Shown one piece after another: positions 37,221-45,985 of a stretch of 64,000 nt of DNA. The stretch spans positions 76,708 to 140,707 of the forward strand of contig JAHJCO010000059.1 of assembly GCA_018831265.1 (NCBI GenBank), read 5' to 3'. The translations under genes and the position numbers were made by a program. Every line of letters begins with the position of its first letter. Position 1 is the first letter of the stretch. A model generated the notes under the pieces. The model did not search any database, had not been told where the DNA came from, and saw only the letters and a program-made list of their open reading frames with translations. Source of the DNA: Actinomycetota bacterium. Its GTDB lineage: Bacteria; Actinomycetota; Geothermincolia; Fen-727; Anoxymicrobiaceae.

Positions 37221-40200
37221 CCGTGCAGCCCGCGAGCCAGCCACCCCCGGACCAGGACCAGCGCGACCTGATCGTCAGCGCGCTCGACCGCAACGTTGTG
37301 GTCGAAGCCGCGGCCGGAACTGGGAAGACCACCAGCATGGTGGACCGCATGGTGGCGCTGCTTCGCACGGGTGCGTGCGACGATATCCGGAGGATGGCGG
37401 CGGTGACGTTTACCCGGAAGGCCGCCTCCGAGCTGCGCGACCGCTTCAGACTTGCCCTGGAGAAGGCCGTGCGCGGGGCCGCCGGCGACGAGAGGGGGCG
37501 CCTTGCCGGGGCGCTGGACAGCATAGACCAGTGCTTCGTGGGTACGATCCACTCGTTCTGCGGCCGGCTGCTCCGCGAGCGGCCCATAGAGGCGGGGGTG
37601 GACCTCGCCTTCGAGGAGCTCGACGAGGACGCCGATATGCGCCTGCGCCAGGAGGCATGGGCGGCATATGCCGAGTCGGTGATAGGGCTCGGCCCGGGGA
37701 GCGTGATCGACGAGCTCGACGACCTCAACCTGGACCTGTCCGACCTCGCCGACACCTTCTACAGGTTCGCCGAGTACCCGGACGTGGACGACTGGCCCCT
37801 GCCTCCCGAGAGCGAAATGCTCGAGGACCTCGACGAGGCGGCAGTAGCGGTGAAGCGTTTCACGGAGCGCATGAGGAAGCTCGCCGACAGGCTGCCCAGG
37901 GAGTGCGGCTCGGACCGGCTGATGCCGCGCTACTCGAAGATGCCGAGGGTGGTATCGCACTACGAGGACCTGAGCGAACGCGCTTCCATGCTCGAGCTCA
38001 TCGACATGTTCTTCGACAAGCGCTCGGGCGCGGTGCTAAAGGAGTGGGTGCAGAAGGGCGGGTTTACCCAGGAGGAGGCGCGCTCGGAGCGCGAGGCCTG
38101 GGACGCTTTCCGCGAGGAGTTCGCCGCGCCGCTCGCCGAGGCGTGGCGGGAGCTTCGCTACCGCACGGTCATGAAGGTGATAACCGAGGCCGGGGCCGTC
38201 TACGATCGCATGAGGGCGGAGCGCGGCCAGCTCGACTTCCAGGACCTGCTGATGAAGGCGGCCGGCCTGCTCAAGGGGAGCCCTCACGTGCGCTCCTACT
38301 TCGCAGGGCGCTACTCGCACCTGCTGGTCGACGAGTTCCAGGACACCGATCCCATACAGGCGGAGGTCATGCTGCTGCTTACCGCTACCGACCCCCGCCA
38401 GGACGACTGGCGCCTGTGCGTGCCCCGCGGCGGGTCGCTGTTCGTTGTGGGGGACCCCAAGCAGTCGATATACCGGTTCCGCAGGGCAGACATCGTTACC
38501 TACAACAGGGTGAAGCGGATGATCCTGGAGGGCGACGGCGGGAAGGGCCGCGGCATCGAGGTCCGGCTGTTCGCCAACTTCCGCACGTCGGCGGCCGTCA
38601 TCCAGTGGATAGACGAAGTCTTCGCGCCCAAGGGTGACTGCACGGACAAGTCCGGCAGGCTGGTTTGCTTCCCGGAGGCGGCCTCCGAGCAGTCTCCGGC
38701 CTACGTCCGGCTGGAGGCCGGCCGGAGCGAGTCCCTTCAGGGCGAGCTGGGAGGAGTGTTCCAGTTGACCATACCCTCCGACGAGATCCTGCTCACCTCC
38801 CACCTCGTGGAGGGCGGACCGCCGACCGCGCAGGAGGCCGCGGTCCTGGCGCGCCGGTACACCAGGAGCGAGCTTGCGGCGTCCTACGAGGCGGACCTCA
38901 TCGCCCGCTACATCCGGTGGGCGATAGACGATCGCGTCACCGTTCCCCGAAGCGAGAAGGAGCTCGAGGATATCCACAGGCGCATGCCCTCGTGCGAGGA
39001 CCCGGCCGCGCTTCGGGCCGAGGACTTCCTGATCATCACGCGAAACAAGACCCACCTGAGCACCTACGGCCAGGCACTCCAGAGGTACGGCATCCCGCAC
39101 CGGGTGACGGGGGGCACTGCCCTGAACGAGGTGGAGGAGCTCCGGCTGCTGCTGACCTGCCTCCGTGCGGTGGACAGGGTCGATGATCCCGTGGCGCTGG
39201 TCGGGGCACTGCGGAGCGAGCTGTTCGGCATCAGTGACGCGGCGCTATACCGGTTCAGGAGGAACGGCGGCCGATTCAACTACAACGGCCCGGTTCCCGA
39301 GGGGCTGCCCCCCGGGGACGAGGAGGCCATCACCGACGCCTTCGACAGGCTGCGCCGGTACCGCGGCTGGGTGAAGACCATGCCACCGCTGGCCGCCTTC
39401 GAGAAGGTCGTCTCGGACCTGGGGCTGATGGTGCTGGCCGCGACCCGCGACGGCGGAGACGTCCAGGCGGGCAGCCTCGGCAAGGCGCTCGAGTTGCTCA
39501 GGGGTGACCAGCGCGCGCACTGGAGCACCTCCCACCTGGTCGATTTCCTCGCCGACCTGGTCGAGGGCGAGTTCAGCTACGACGGGGTGTCGGCACGGTC
39601 ACATGAGGTCGGGGCGGTGAGGGTGATGAACCTCCACAAGGCCAAGGGGCTGGAGTCCACGGTGGTGTTCCTCGCCGACGGCTCCGGCGAGCCCAGGTCG
39701 GGCCCGGAGATCGTCATCGACCGCGGCGGCGACCGGACGATCGGCTACATCGGAGTGTTCGGCCCGAGGTGGGGCGCCTGGTACAGGCCCCTGCTGGCGG
39801 CGCCGGGCGGCTGGGCGGACCGCCAGGCGGTCGAGAAGGAGTTCGAGGCCGCCGAGAGGCTGAGGTTGCGCTACGTGGCGGCCACCAGGGCGGGCTCGGC
39901 GATGATCGTGTGCGAGCGCGAGGACGGCAGGGCCAACGGCTCCAATCCCTGGAAGTATTTCAGGGATCACCTCGCCGGGGTGCCCGACCTGCCTGACCCG
40001 GGCCCGAGGAGCGCACCATCACGGGAGGCGCTCGACATCTCGGTGGAGGACGTGACGAAGGCTTCAGAGGAGGCGGCCGGCAGGATGCGGCGCGCAGAAG
40101 GTCCCACCTACGCGAGGCTCGCGGCCAAAGAGTACGCGCTCCGGGGAAAAGATTTTGCAAAAGGGTCAGGCACTTTTGCACCATCAACCACGGGCGGGCC

Positions 40201-40684
40201 GGAGTATGGCATCAACTGGGGCACCGCCATGCACATGCTGCTGGAGCTGGCTATGAGCCGGCCGGGCTTCGATGTCGAGGCCTGGGCGGAGAGGGTGCTG
40301 GGGGAGAACGAGATCGATCCGGGTGAGACGCCGCGGGCGGTGGAGACCGTCCGGGCGGTCACCGGATCGGCGTTGTGGGAAAGAGCCCTTGCCTCCGACC
40401 TGTGCCTGACGGAGGTCCCGTTCCACATGCTCCTCGGGGATGCGGACATCCCCACCACGATGAACGGGGCCATGGACCTGGCTTTCCGCGAGGAGGGGGG
40501 TTGGGTCATAGTGGACTACAAGACCGACAGGATAAGCGCATCGAGGAGCGAGCGGGCCCTGGCGGACGAGTACGCCCCGCAGCTCGAGCTGTACGGCCGG
40601 GCCTGGGCGGGGTGCACCGGCGAGACCGTCAAGGAGACCGGCCTGTTCTTCGTGGACAACCGTACATACCACAGGATCAGATGA
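37217..40684 (+). CDS. addA: AddA/RecB-like UvrD-family helicase with C-terminal PD-(D/E)XK nuclease
   Basis: Walker A 'AAGTGKTT', 'TFTRKAASELRDR'; C-terminal 'GWVIVDYKTDRI'. Confidence 0.85.
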   Translation: MTVQPASQPPPDQDQRDLIVSALDRNVVVEAAAGTGKTTSMVDRMVALLRTGACDDIRRMAAVTFTRKAASELRDRFRLALEKAVRGAAGDERGRLAGALDSIDQCFVGTIHSFCGRLLRERPIEAGVDLAFEELDEDADMRLRQEAWAAYAESVIGLGPGSVIDELDDLNLDLSDLADTFYRFAEYPDVDDWPLPPESEMLEDLDEAAVAVKRFTERMRKLADRLPRECGSDRLMPRYSKMPRVVSHYEDLSERASMLELIDMFFDKRSGAVLKEWVQKGGFTQEEARSEREAWDAFREEFAAPLAEAWRELRYRTVMKVITEAGAVYDRMRAERGQLDFQDLLMKAAGLLKGSPHVRSYFAGRYSHLLVDEFQDTDPIQAEVMLLLTATDPRQDDWRLCVPRGGSLFVVGDPKQSIYRFRRADIVTYNRVKRMILEGDGGKGRGIEVRLFANFRTSAAVIQWIDEVFAPKGDCTDKSGRLVCFPEAASEQSPAYVRLEAGRSESLQGELGGVFQLTIPSDEILLTSHLVEGGPPTAQEAAVLARRYTRSELAASYEADLIARYIRWAIDDRVTVPRSEKELEDIHRRMPSCEDPAALRAEDFLIITRNKTHLSTYGQALQRYGIPHRVTGGTALNEVEELRLLLTCLRAVDRVDDPVALVGALRSELFGISDAALYRFRRNGGRFNYNGPVPEGLPPGDEEAITDAFDRLRRYRGWVKTMPPLAAFEKVVSDLGLMVLAATRDGGDVQAGSLGKALELLRGDQRAHWSTSHLVDFLADLVEGEFSYDGVSARSHEVGAVRVMNLHKAKGLESTVVFLADGSGEPRSGPEIVIDRGGDRTIGYIGVFGPRWGAWYRPLLAAPGGWADRQAVEKEFEAAERLRLRYVAATRAGSAMIVCEREDGRANGSNPWKYFRDHLAGVPDLPDPGPRSAPSREALDISVEDVTKASEEAAGRMRRAEGPTYARLAAKEYALRGKDFAKGSGTFAPSTTGGPEYGINWGTAMHMLLELAMSRPGFDVEAWAERVLGENEIDPGETPRAVETVRAVTGSALWERALASDLCLTEVPFHMLLGDADIPTTMNGAMDLAFREEGGWVIVDYKTDRISASRSERALADEYAPQLELYGRAWAGCTGETVKETGLFFVDNRTYHRIR
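40156..40180. repeat. REP hairpin (TGCAAAAG-GGTCAGGCA-CTTTTGCA) embedded in frame in the AddA-like CDS
   Basis: Encodes ...DFAKGSGTFAP... in the linker before the nuclease domain. Confidence 0.75.
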
Positions 40685-41514
40685 GCGAGCACATGCTTCT
40701 GCCCGAGGTCGACTTCTGCGCCTTCGACCTGGAGACGACGGGGCTGTCCAACTTCAGCCGGATAGTGGAGGTCGGGGCGGTCCGGTTCCGCCTCGAGGCG
40801 GTGCACGACCGTTTCAGCGAGCTGGTCCACCCCGGCAGGAGCATCCCCGAGGTGGTCATCGGCATACACGGAATCACCGACACCATGGTCGCGGGGGCCG
40901 CGGCGGCGCCGGAGGTTATCGATCGGTTCTTCGAGTTCGCGGACGGGTGCGTTCTAGTCGCGCACAACGCGGCGTTCGACTCCGGGATAATGGCCACCGA
41001 GTTGCACAGGGCCGGGCTGGAGCCGCCCGAGCCCCTCATCCTCGACACCATCGCGCTGGCCAGGAGGTTCCTGCCGAGGCTGCCGAGCTACGGGCTGGGC
41101 GCCCTCTCGCGCGATCTGGGCATCGGGCGGCCCCGCAAGCACCGCGCCCTCGAGGACGCGGAGGCCTGCAGGAGGATCTTCGAGAGAACCGTGCTCTCGG
41201 TCCCGGAGTGGCAAGGCCGGCCACTGGACCTGCTGGCCGATGCCGCCGGCGGCTGCACCCTGCGCTACCGGCCGCAGGCGCCCTCCGATCTGCCCCCCGG
41301 CATGGAGGCCATCCTCGCCGCCCTCGAGAGGCGCGGTGACGTGGTGGTAGTCTACAGGGGGGGCAGCAAGGGCACCGTGCCCAGGCGACTGTCGCCGGTA
41401 TCGGTGTACTCGGCGGGGGGTCACTGCTACATGGAGGCCCGCTGCCACGTGGACAACGTGACCAAGTCTTTCAGGGTCGACCGCATCGCCAGCGTAGAGC
41501 TCTGGGAGGACTGA
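40681..41514 (+). CDS. DEDDh 3'-5' exonuclease (DnaQ-like) fused to a C-terminal WYL-like domain
   Basis: Exo I 'FDLETTG', Exo II 'LVAHNAAFD', Exo III 'HRALEDA'; C-terminal 'VVVVYRGGSKG...RLSPVSVY..HCYMEARC...SFRVDRI' WYL pattern; ATGA overlap with the AddA-like gene. Confidence 0.7.
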   Translation: MSEHMLLPEVDFCAFDLETTGLSNFSRIVEVGAVRFRLEAVHDRFSELVHPGRSIPEVVIGIHGITDTMVAGAAAAPEVIDRFFEFADGCVLVAHNAAFDSGIMATELHRAGLEPPEPLILDTIALARRFLPRLPSYGLGALSRDLGIGRPRKHRALEDAEACRRIFERTVLSVPEWQGRPLDLLADAAGGCTLRYRPQAPSDLPPGMEAILAALERRGDVVVVYRGGSKGTVPRRLSPVSVYSAGGHCYMEARCHVDNVTKSFRVDRIASVELWED

Positions 41515-41521
41515 GCTTCCC

Positions 41522-43204
41522 ATGGCCAGGATGATCCCCGAGATAGAGGTCGGCCGGTATCCCCACGGCGAGGGACTCCTCTACCGCTGGCTCAAGGGGC
41601 TGCCCGACGATTACCGCGTCTTCCACGGCGTCCACCTGCTCCGGCAGTCCGGCGGCTCGCTGAGGCGCGGAGAGGCCGACTTCGTGGTGCTCCACAAGGA
41701 CCTGGGCTTCCTGGTGATAGAGGTCAAGGGCGGCAAGGTCACCTGCCAGCCGGGTAGGGGCCGGTGGACCTCGACGGACTACCGGGGCGAGGAGCATCCG
41801 ATCAAGGACCCGTTCCTGCAGGCTGAACGCAACGTCAACGCCATCGTCGAGCGCATCAGGGACTCAGGGGTGTTCGGCCCCGGCCCGCTGAAGACCCTGC
41901 CCGTCACGGTGGGCTACTGCGTAGCCTTCCCCGACGGGGTGGCGCAGCAGAAGAACCTCCCGCTGCACGTGGTGCCGGAGGTCGTCATAGACAGCCGGGA
42001 CGCGGCCCGGATGGCCGCGCGGATCGAGGGGCTGTTCGGCGCCTGGCGAAAGAAGAGGCCCGGATCGCGCGGCTTCACCCCCCGGGAGTTCAACGACCTG
42101 TGCAACAAGGTCCTGCTCACCCGGTTCAACGTGACCGTGCCCCTGAGCGTGAGATTCGGGAGGGAGAAGGAGCGCTTCGAGTCCCTGACCGACGAGCAGT
42201 GCCGCATCCTGGAGACCGTCTCCGGCGGGAAGCGCGCCCTGTTCAGGGGATACGCGGGGACGGGCAAGACGCAGTTGCTGATGGAGAACGCCAGGCGCTT
42301 CGCCGCCGCCGCCGCCCGGGTACTGGTGGTCTGCTACAACCAGCCGCTCGCGGAACTCCTCTCACAGTGGGCCGCGAACGTCTGCGGAGCCGGAGGCGTA
42401 ACGGTCAGGCACTTCCACGGCCTCGCCGAGGAGTATGCCGGCGAGGCGGGTCTCGACTTCGATGTCCCGCCGGAGGACGAGCCGGACGCGCTGCAGGCCT
42501 TCTACGAGAGGGGATCGGCGGCCCTGCTGGAGGCGGCGCTTGCCGAGGCGCCCGGACGTTTCGATTGCGTGCTGGTGGACGAGGGCCAGGACTTCCACCT
42601 GGAGTGGCTGCGGGTGCTCTCGGAGCTGCTCGACCCGGCGGGGATGGACGTCTTCCACATCTTCTACGACGAGCAGCAGAACGTCTACGGCAAGGAGCTC
42701 GAGTTCCCCTTCGAGGCCGTGCCCTACGACCTGAGCTATCAGATGCGCAGCACCGCGAACGTCTGCGAGGTCGCCCGGAAGGCCGGCTCGGTCGATATCC
42801 GGTGCTTCCCAGACTGGGTCAAAGGTGCCCCCGTGAAGTACTTCCCCTACCGTGAACCGTCCGAGCAGGTCGCCCTGATCGAGAAGGTGGTCAGGGAGCT
42901 TCTCGACAAAGGCATCGACCCCTCACAGGTGATGGTGATCTCGTCACACCGCAGGGCCCGCTCCTGCCTGGCCGGGGTCAACCGACTGCAGGGGTACCCG
43001 CTGGTGGAGTACCGGCCCCCCGGCGAGGAGGACACCATCGCGTTCTCCAGCCTGCACCGCGCCAAGGGCCTCGAGTCGGACGTGGTGATCTTCTGTGACG
43101 TGGACGGCGGCGAGCCGTACTGCAGCCGCTCAAACCAGTACGTGGCGGTCTCGCGCGCCCGCCACCTGCTCTACATCATCCACCGCAGGGACTGGAAGCT
43201 TTGA
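41522..43204 (+). CDS. NERD-domain nuclease fused to SF1 (UvrD/DUF2075-like) helicase
   Basis: N-terminal NERD 'GEADFVVLHKDLGFLVIEVKG'; Walker A 'GYAGTGKTQ', Walker B 'VLVDEGQD'; C-terminal 'SLHRAKGLESDVVIF'. Confidence 0.75.
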   Translation: MARMIPEIEVGRYPHGEGLLYRWLKGLPDDYRVFHGVHLLRQSGGSLRRGEADFVVLHKDLGFLVIEVKGGKVTCQPGRGRWTSTDYRGEEHPIKDPFLQAERNVNAIVERIRDSGVFGPGPLKTLPVTVGYCVAFPDGVAQQKNLPLHVVPEVVIDSRDAARMAARIEGLFGAWRKKRPGSRGFTPREFNDLCNKVLLTRFNVTVPLSVRFGREKERFESLTDEQCRILETVSGGKRALFRGYAGTGKTQLLMENARRFAAAAARVLVVCYNQPLAELLSQWAANVCGAGGVTVRHFHGLAEEYAGEAGLDFDVPPEDEPDALQAFYERGSAALLEAALAEAPGRFDCVLVDEGQDFHLEWLRVLSELLDPAGMDVFHIFYDEQQNVYGKELEFPFEAVPYDLSYQMRSTANVCEVARKAGSVDIRCFPDWVKGAPVKYFPYREPSEQVALIEKVVRELLDKGIDPSQVMVISSHRRARSCLAGVNRLQGYPLVEYRPPGEEDTIAFSSLHRAKGLESDVVIFCDVDGGEPYCSRSNQYVAVSRARHLLYIIHRRDWKL

Positions 43205-43212
43205 CTAGGATA

Positions 43213-43260
43213 GGGGTCAGGCACCATTCAAGTCATTTGACTTGAATGGTGCCTGACCCC
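43213..43260. repeat. Perfect 48-bp palindrome (GGGGTCAGGCACCATTCAAGTCA tt TGACTTGAATGGTGCCTGACCCC) between convergent genes
   Basis: 23-bp perfect arms; sits between the stops of 41522-43204 (+) and 43321-44544 (-). Confidence 0.85.
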
Positions 43261-43320
43261 GGGTCTAGTCACGCGCGGGGCTGAGAGCCCCGCCTCAAAG
43301 CCCCGCCTCGACAGCCCTCT

Positions 43321-44544
43321 TTAGAACCAGTCCGTCGTCCTGACGTTGGGCTGGTAGAGCATGCCGTAGAGGTCCATCGCGTAGCGGTCGGTCATGCCGG
43401 CGAGGTAGTCGCAGACCACGCGCTCGGCAGGCTCGCTCTCGAGGTCCTCCACCAGGGGAGCGGGGAGCATGTCCGGCTTGGAGGTGAAGGTCTCGTACAG
43501 GCCGCCTAGGATCTTCTCGCCCTTGAAGATCATCCGGCTGACGATCGGGTTCAGGTAGACCTCCTCCAGCATGGCGAGCGCGAAGGCGTGCACCTGGGAG
43601 TCTATGCCCGGCGAGAACGATACCAGCGGGTCGGGCAGCCCGCGCAGGGCCTCGGGGGTCCCCGCTCCCGCCCTGCTCATCCGCGCCACGGTCTCCCTCG
43701 CCACGTCGGTGATGAGGGCATTAATCATCCCGCTTATGGCCCGCATCCGCCCGACGTCCGTTCGGCTGGCGCCCAGGTCCCAGCCGGGGTCCTCGATGGA
43801 GTCGACCATCACCCGGGCGACCTGCGCGATGAGCGGCATCTCCGAGGCCCGCTCCCCGAGCCAGTCGGCGCTGACCAGCCCGATCCTGAGCGCGTCGTCC
43901 AGGTCGTGCGTGCACCAGGCGATGGTGTCGGCGACGTTGACCACCTGGCACTCGGCCGAGGGCTGCGGGTAGGCGGAGAACTCCTCGAGCACCGGCGGCT
44001 CGTCGAACAGCGTCCTGTGCCGCGCCAGCCCCTCGCGCGTCTCCCAGCAGAGGTTAAGGCCGCGGAACGACGGGTAGCAGCGCTCGAGCCAGTCGACCAC
44101 CCGCAGGCCGTGGAGGTTGTGGTCGAAGCCGCCGCCGTCCTTCATCAGCGCGTCCAGGGCGGTCTCACCGCCGTGCCCGAACGGGGGGTGCCCGATGTCG
44201 TGCACCAGGGCGATGGCCTCGGCCAGCGTCTCGTTGAGCCCGAGCATGCGCGCCAGCGAGCGGGATATCTGCATGACCTCAATGGTGTGGGTCATGCGGG
44301 TGCGGTAGAGGTCTCCCTCGTGGGTCACGAAGACCTGGGTCTTGTACTGGAGCTTGCGGAACGAGGAGGAGTACAGGATGCGGTCGCGGTCGAGCTGGAA
44401 GCGCGGGCGCTCCGGCTGGGGCGGCTCCTCGCACGCCCTGACCCGGCCGGCCTTCGCGGGCAGGTCGGTCCCCAGGGACGCCAGGGGCGACAGCTCCCCG
44501 CGCTCGCTGTCGTCGAAGTATGATGCGCCGCGCAGATCGACCAT
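43321..44544 (-). CDS. dgt: dGTPase-family HD phosphohydrolase
   Basis: HD motif 'HDIGHPPFGH'; dGTP triphosphohydrolase-like length and motifs. Confidence 0.85.
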   Translation of the reverse strand: MVDLRGASYFDDSERGELSPLASLGTDLPAKAGRVRACEEPPQPERPRFQLDRDRILYSSSFRKLQYKTQVFVTHEGDLYRTRMTHTIEVMQISRSLARMLGLNETLAEAIALVHDIGHPPFGHGGETALDALMKDGGGFDHNLHGLRVVDWLERCYPSFRGLNLCWETREGLARHRTLFDEPPVLEEFSAYPQPSAECQVVNVADTIAWCTHDLDDALRIGLVSADWLGERASEMPLIAQVARVMVDSIEDPGWDLGASRTDVGRMRAISGMINALITDVARETVARMSRAGAGTPEALRGLPDPLVSFSPGIDSQVHAFALAMLEEVYLNPIVSRMIFKGEKILGGLYETFTSKPDMLPAPLVEDLESEPAERVVCDYLAGMTDRYAMDLYGMLYQPNVRTTDWF

Positions 44545-44546
44545 GG

Positions 44547-45857
44547 TCAGCCCCGGTCCCGGCCTTCGGAGAAGTAGTTGATGAAGAACTGGGGGTTCAG
44601 CTCCGGCGCGAAGTAATGCTTGTGCTTTATCCAGACGAAACCGTCGCTCCGGGTGATCACCGCGACGTCGATGGGACCGCCCACCGACTCGGCGGCGAAA
44701 GACATCCTGGTCCTGAACGAGGTCAGGTTGACGAGCGACTCGGCGATCTCGGACAGCTCGTTCTTGGGCAGGCCCGCTATGACGTCTATGACCGGTATCA
44801 CGTACTTCTTGCGCCGGAACGCCGCGAGCTCCCTGGGTATCTCGGCGGCCCCTTTCCGGATCGAGTCCGCCCGCTTGCGGTAGTCCTCCTTGTCGCCGGC
44901 GTCCTTCAGCTCGCCGATGAGCCCCTCGACCAGCTCCCGGTAAGCGTCGAGCGCGACGCCATACCTGTTGAACACTGTATCGTTGTAGGCGGGCTCCGCG
45001 CCTTCCATGAATGCGTTCACCATCTCGCGGCGCGCGAAGGGGATAACGGCCGCCCGCGTGCCGGAGCCCGTGCCGGACACCCGGTCCTTCTTGAAACGAA
45101 GGTGGTCGCAGACCACGCCGCCCACCAGGAACTCGACCACGGTGGGGAAGATGTCCTTCTCGCCGAAGCCGGCCACCACCACGCCGGAGAGAGTGCCGAA
45201 CTGCGGTGCGGACGGGGACTTGATGAAGATATCGAGAGCCAGCCTGTTGAGCCTGCCCGAGTACGACGGGGAGGCGGGCCAGCGCCGGAACACCTTCCTG
45301 CGGATCTCCCTGATGACCTTCCCGTACTCGCCCTCGAGTCGCTCCGGGAGGTCGGCCGGCGTGCCTGGAAGCTCCTCGGCCTTGTCCCAGACCTTCAGTA
45401 TCGCGCGAAAGGCCTTGTTTGCCGCCTCCCGCTTCTGCTCGTCGGTGGCCGCGGGGTTCTCCTCGACCAGCGAGTTGACCGCGTCACGGAGGACGTTCTT
45501 CACTAAAACGAAGCAGTCAGTGACCGTGGCGGCGAAGTAATCGCGCTGCTCGGACTCGGGGTACAGGCGCATCTCGCCGGAGAGAAAGCCCATGAAATCG
45601 TCGGCGTACTCCTCGAGCGTGTCGAAACACCCCGCGCCGAGCCTCTCCTGGTAGAGGGACACCACGGTCTCCCAGGGCACTCCCATGTGGTTGGCGCCGC
45701 CGAACATCATCACCCCGACCGGGCACTTCCTGGAAAGCGTGAATATCTTGTTGGCGGAGGTGATGACCTTCTCGTCGCGGCCCTTCTGTATGGTCACGGC
45801 GCTATCGGCGGCCAGCGCCACCGCTTCCCTGTTCATAACCACTATCTCGGCGGTCAT
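44547..45857 (-). CDS. Proteasome beta-subunit-type Ntn hydrolase homologue with large insertions
   Basis: 'TAEIVVMNREAVALAADSAVT' matches proteasome beta N-terminus (Thr1); 'GSGTGSGT' and C-terminal 'GGPIDVAVITRSDGFV' match beta-subunit motifs; 436 aa vs ~200; start ATG at 45857 with GGAGG RBS (track start 45926 lies in repeat DNA). Confidence 0.55.
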   Translation of the reverse strand: MTAEIVVMNREAVALAADSAVTIQKGRDEKVITSANKIFTLSRKCPVGVMMFGGANHMGVPWETVVSLYQERLGAGCFDTLEEYADDFMGFLSGEMRLYPESEQRDYFAATVTDCFVLVKNVLRDAVNSLVEENPAATDEQKREAANKAFRAILKVWDKAEELPGTPADLPERLEGEYGKVIREIRRKVFRRWPASPSYSGRLNRLALDIFIKSPSAPQFGTLSGVVVAGFGEKDIFPTVVEFLVGGVVCDHLRFKKDRVSGTGSGTRAAVIPFARREMVNAFMEGAEPAYNDTVFNRYGVALDAYRELVEGLIGELKDAGDKEDYRKRADSIRKGAAEIPRELAAFRRKKYVIPVIDVIAGLPKNELSEIAESLVNLTSFRTRMSFAAESVGGPIDVAVITRSDGFVWIKHKHYFAPELNPQFFINYFSEGRDRG

Positions 45858-45865
45858 GCACACCT

Positions 45866-45985
45866 CCGGGGTCAAACCTGGTTCTTTGCATTTCTTGCAT
45901 TTGGGGTCAAACCTGAGATCTTGCATACCCCTGACGACTGCAACAAGAACGTAAGAAACGCAGAATCTCAGGTTTGACCCCTAGA
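45866..45985. repeat. MITE-like element, family 4: 17-bp perfect inverted repeats GGGGTCAAACCTGAGAT ... ATCTCAGGTTTGACCCC plus extra half-copy
   Basis: IRs at ~45902-45918 and 45966-45982; half copy at ~45868. Confidence 0.75.

Noticed and set aside
40375-40680. N-terminal 100-codon extension of the exonuclease ORF (track ORF 40375-41514)
   Set aside because: It overlaps the 3' end of the AddA-like gene in another frame. An ATG at 40681 forms an ATGA overlap and begins exactly at the Exo I motif.
45858-45926. Track start at 45926 for the proteasome-like gene, possibly a beta-subunit propeptide
   Set aside because: Those 24 codons are MITE family-4 repeat DNA, and a GGAGG RBS precedes the ATG at 45857. 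A propeptide cannot be fully excluded.
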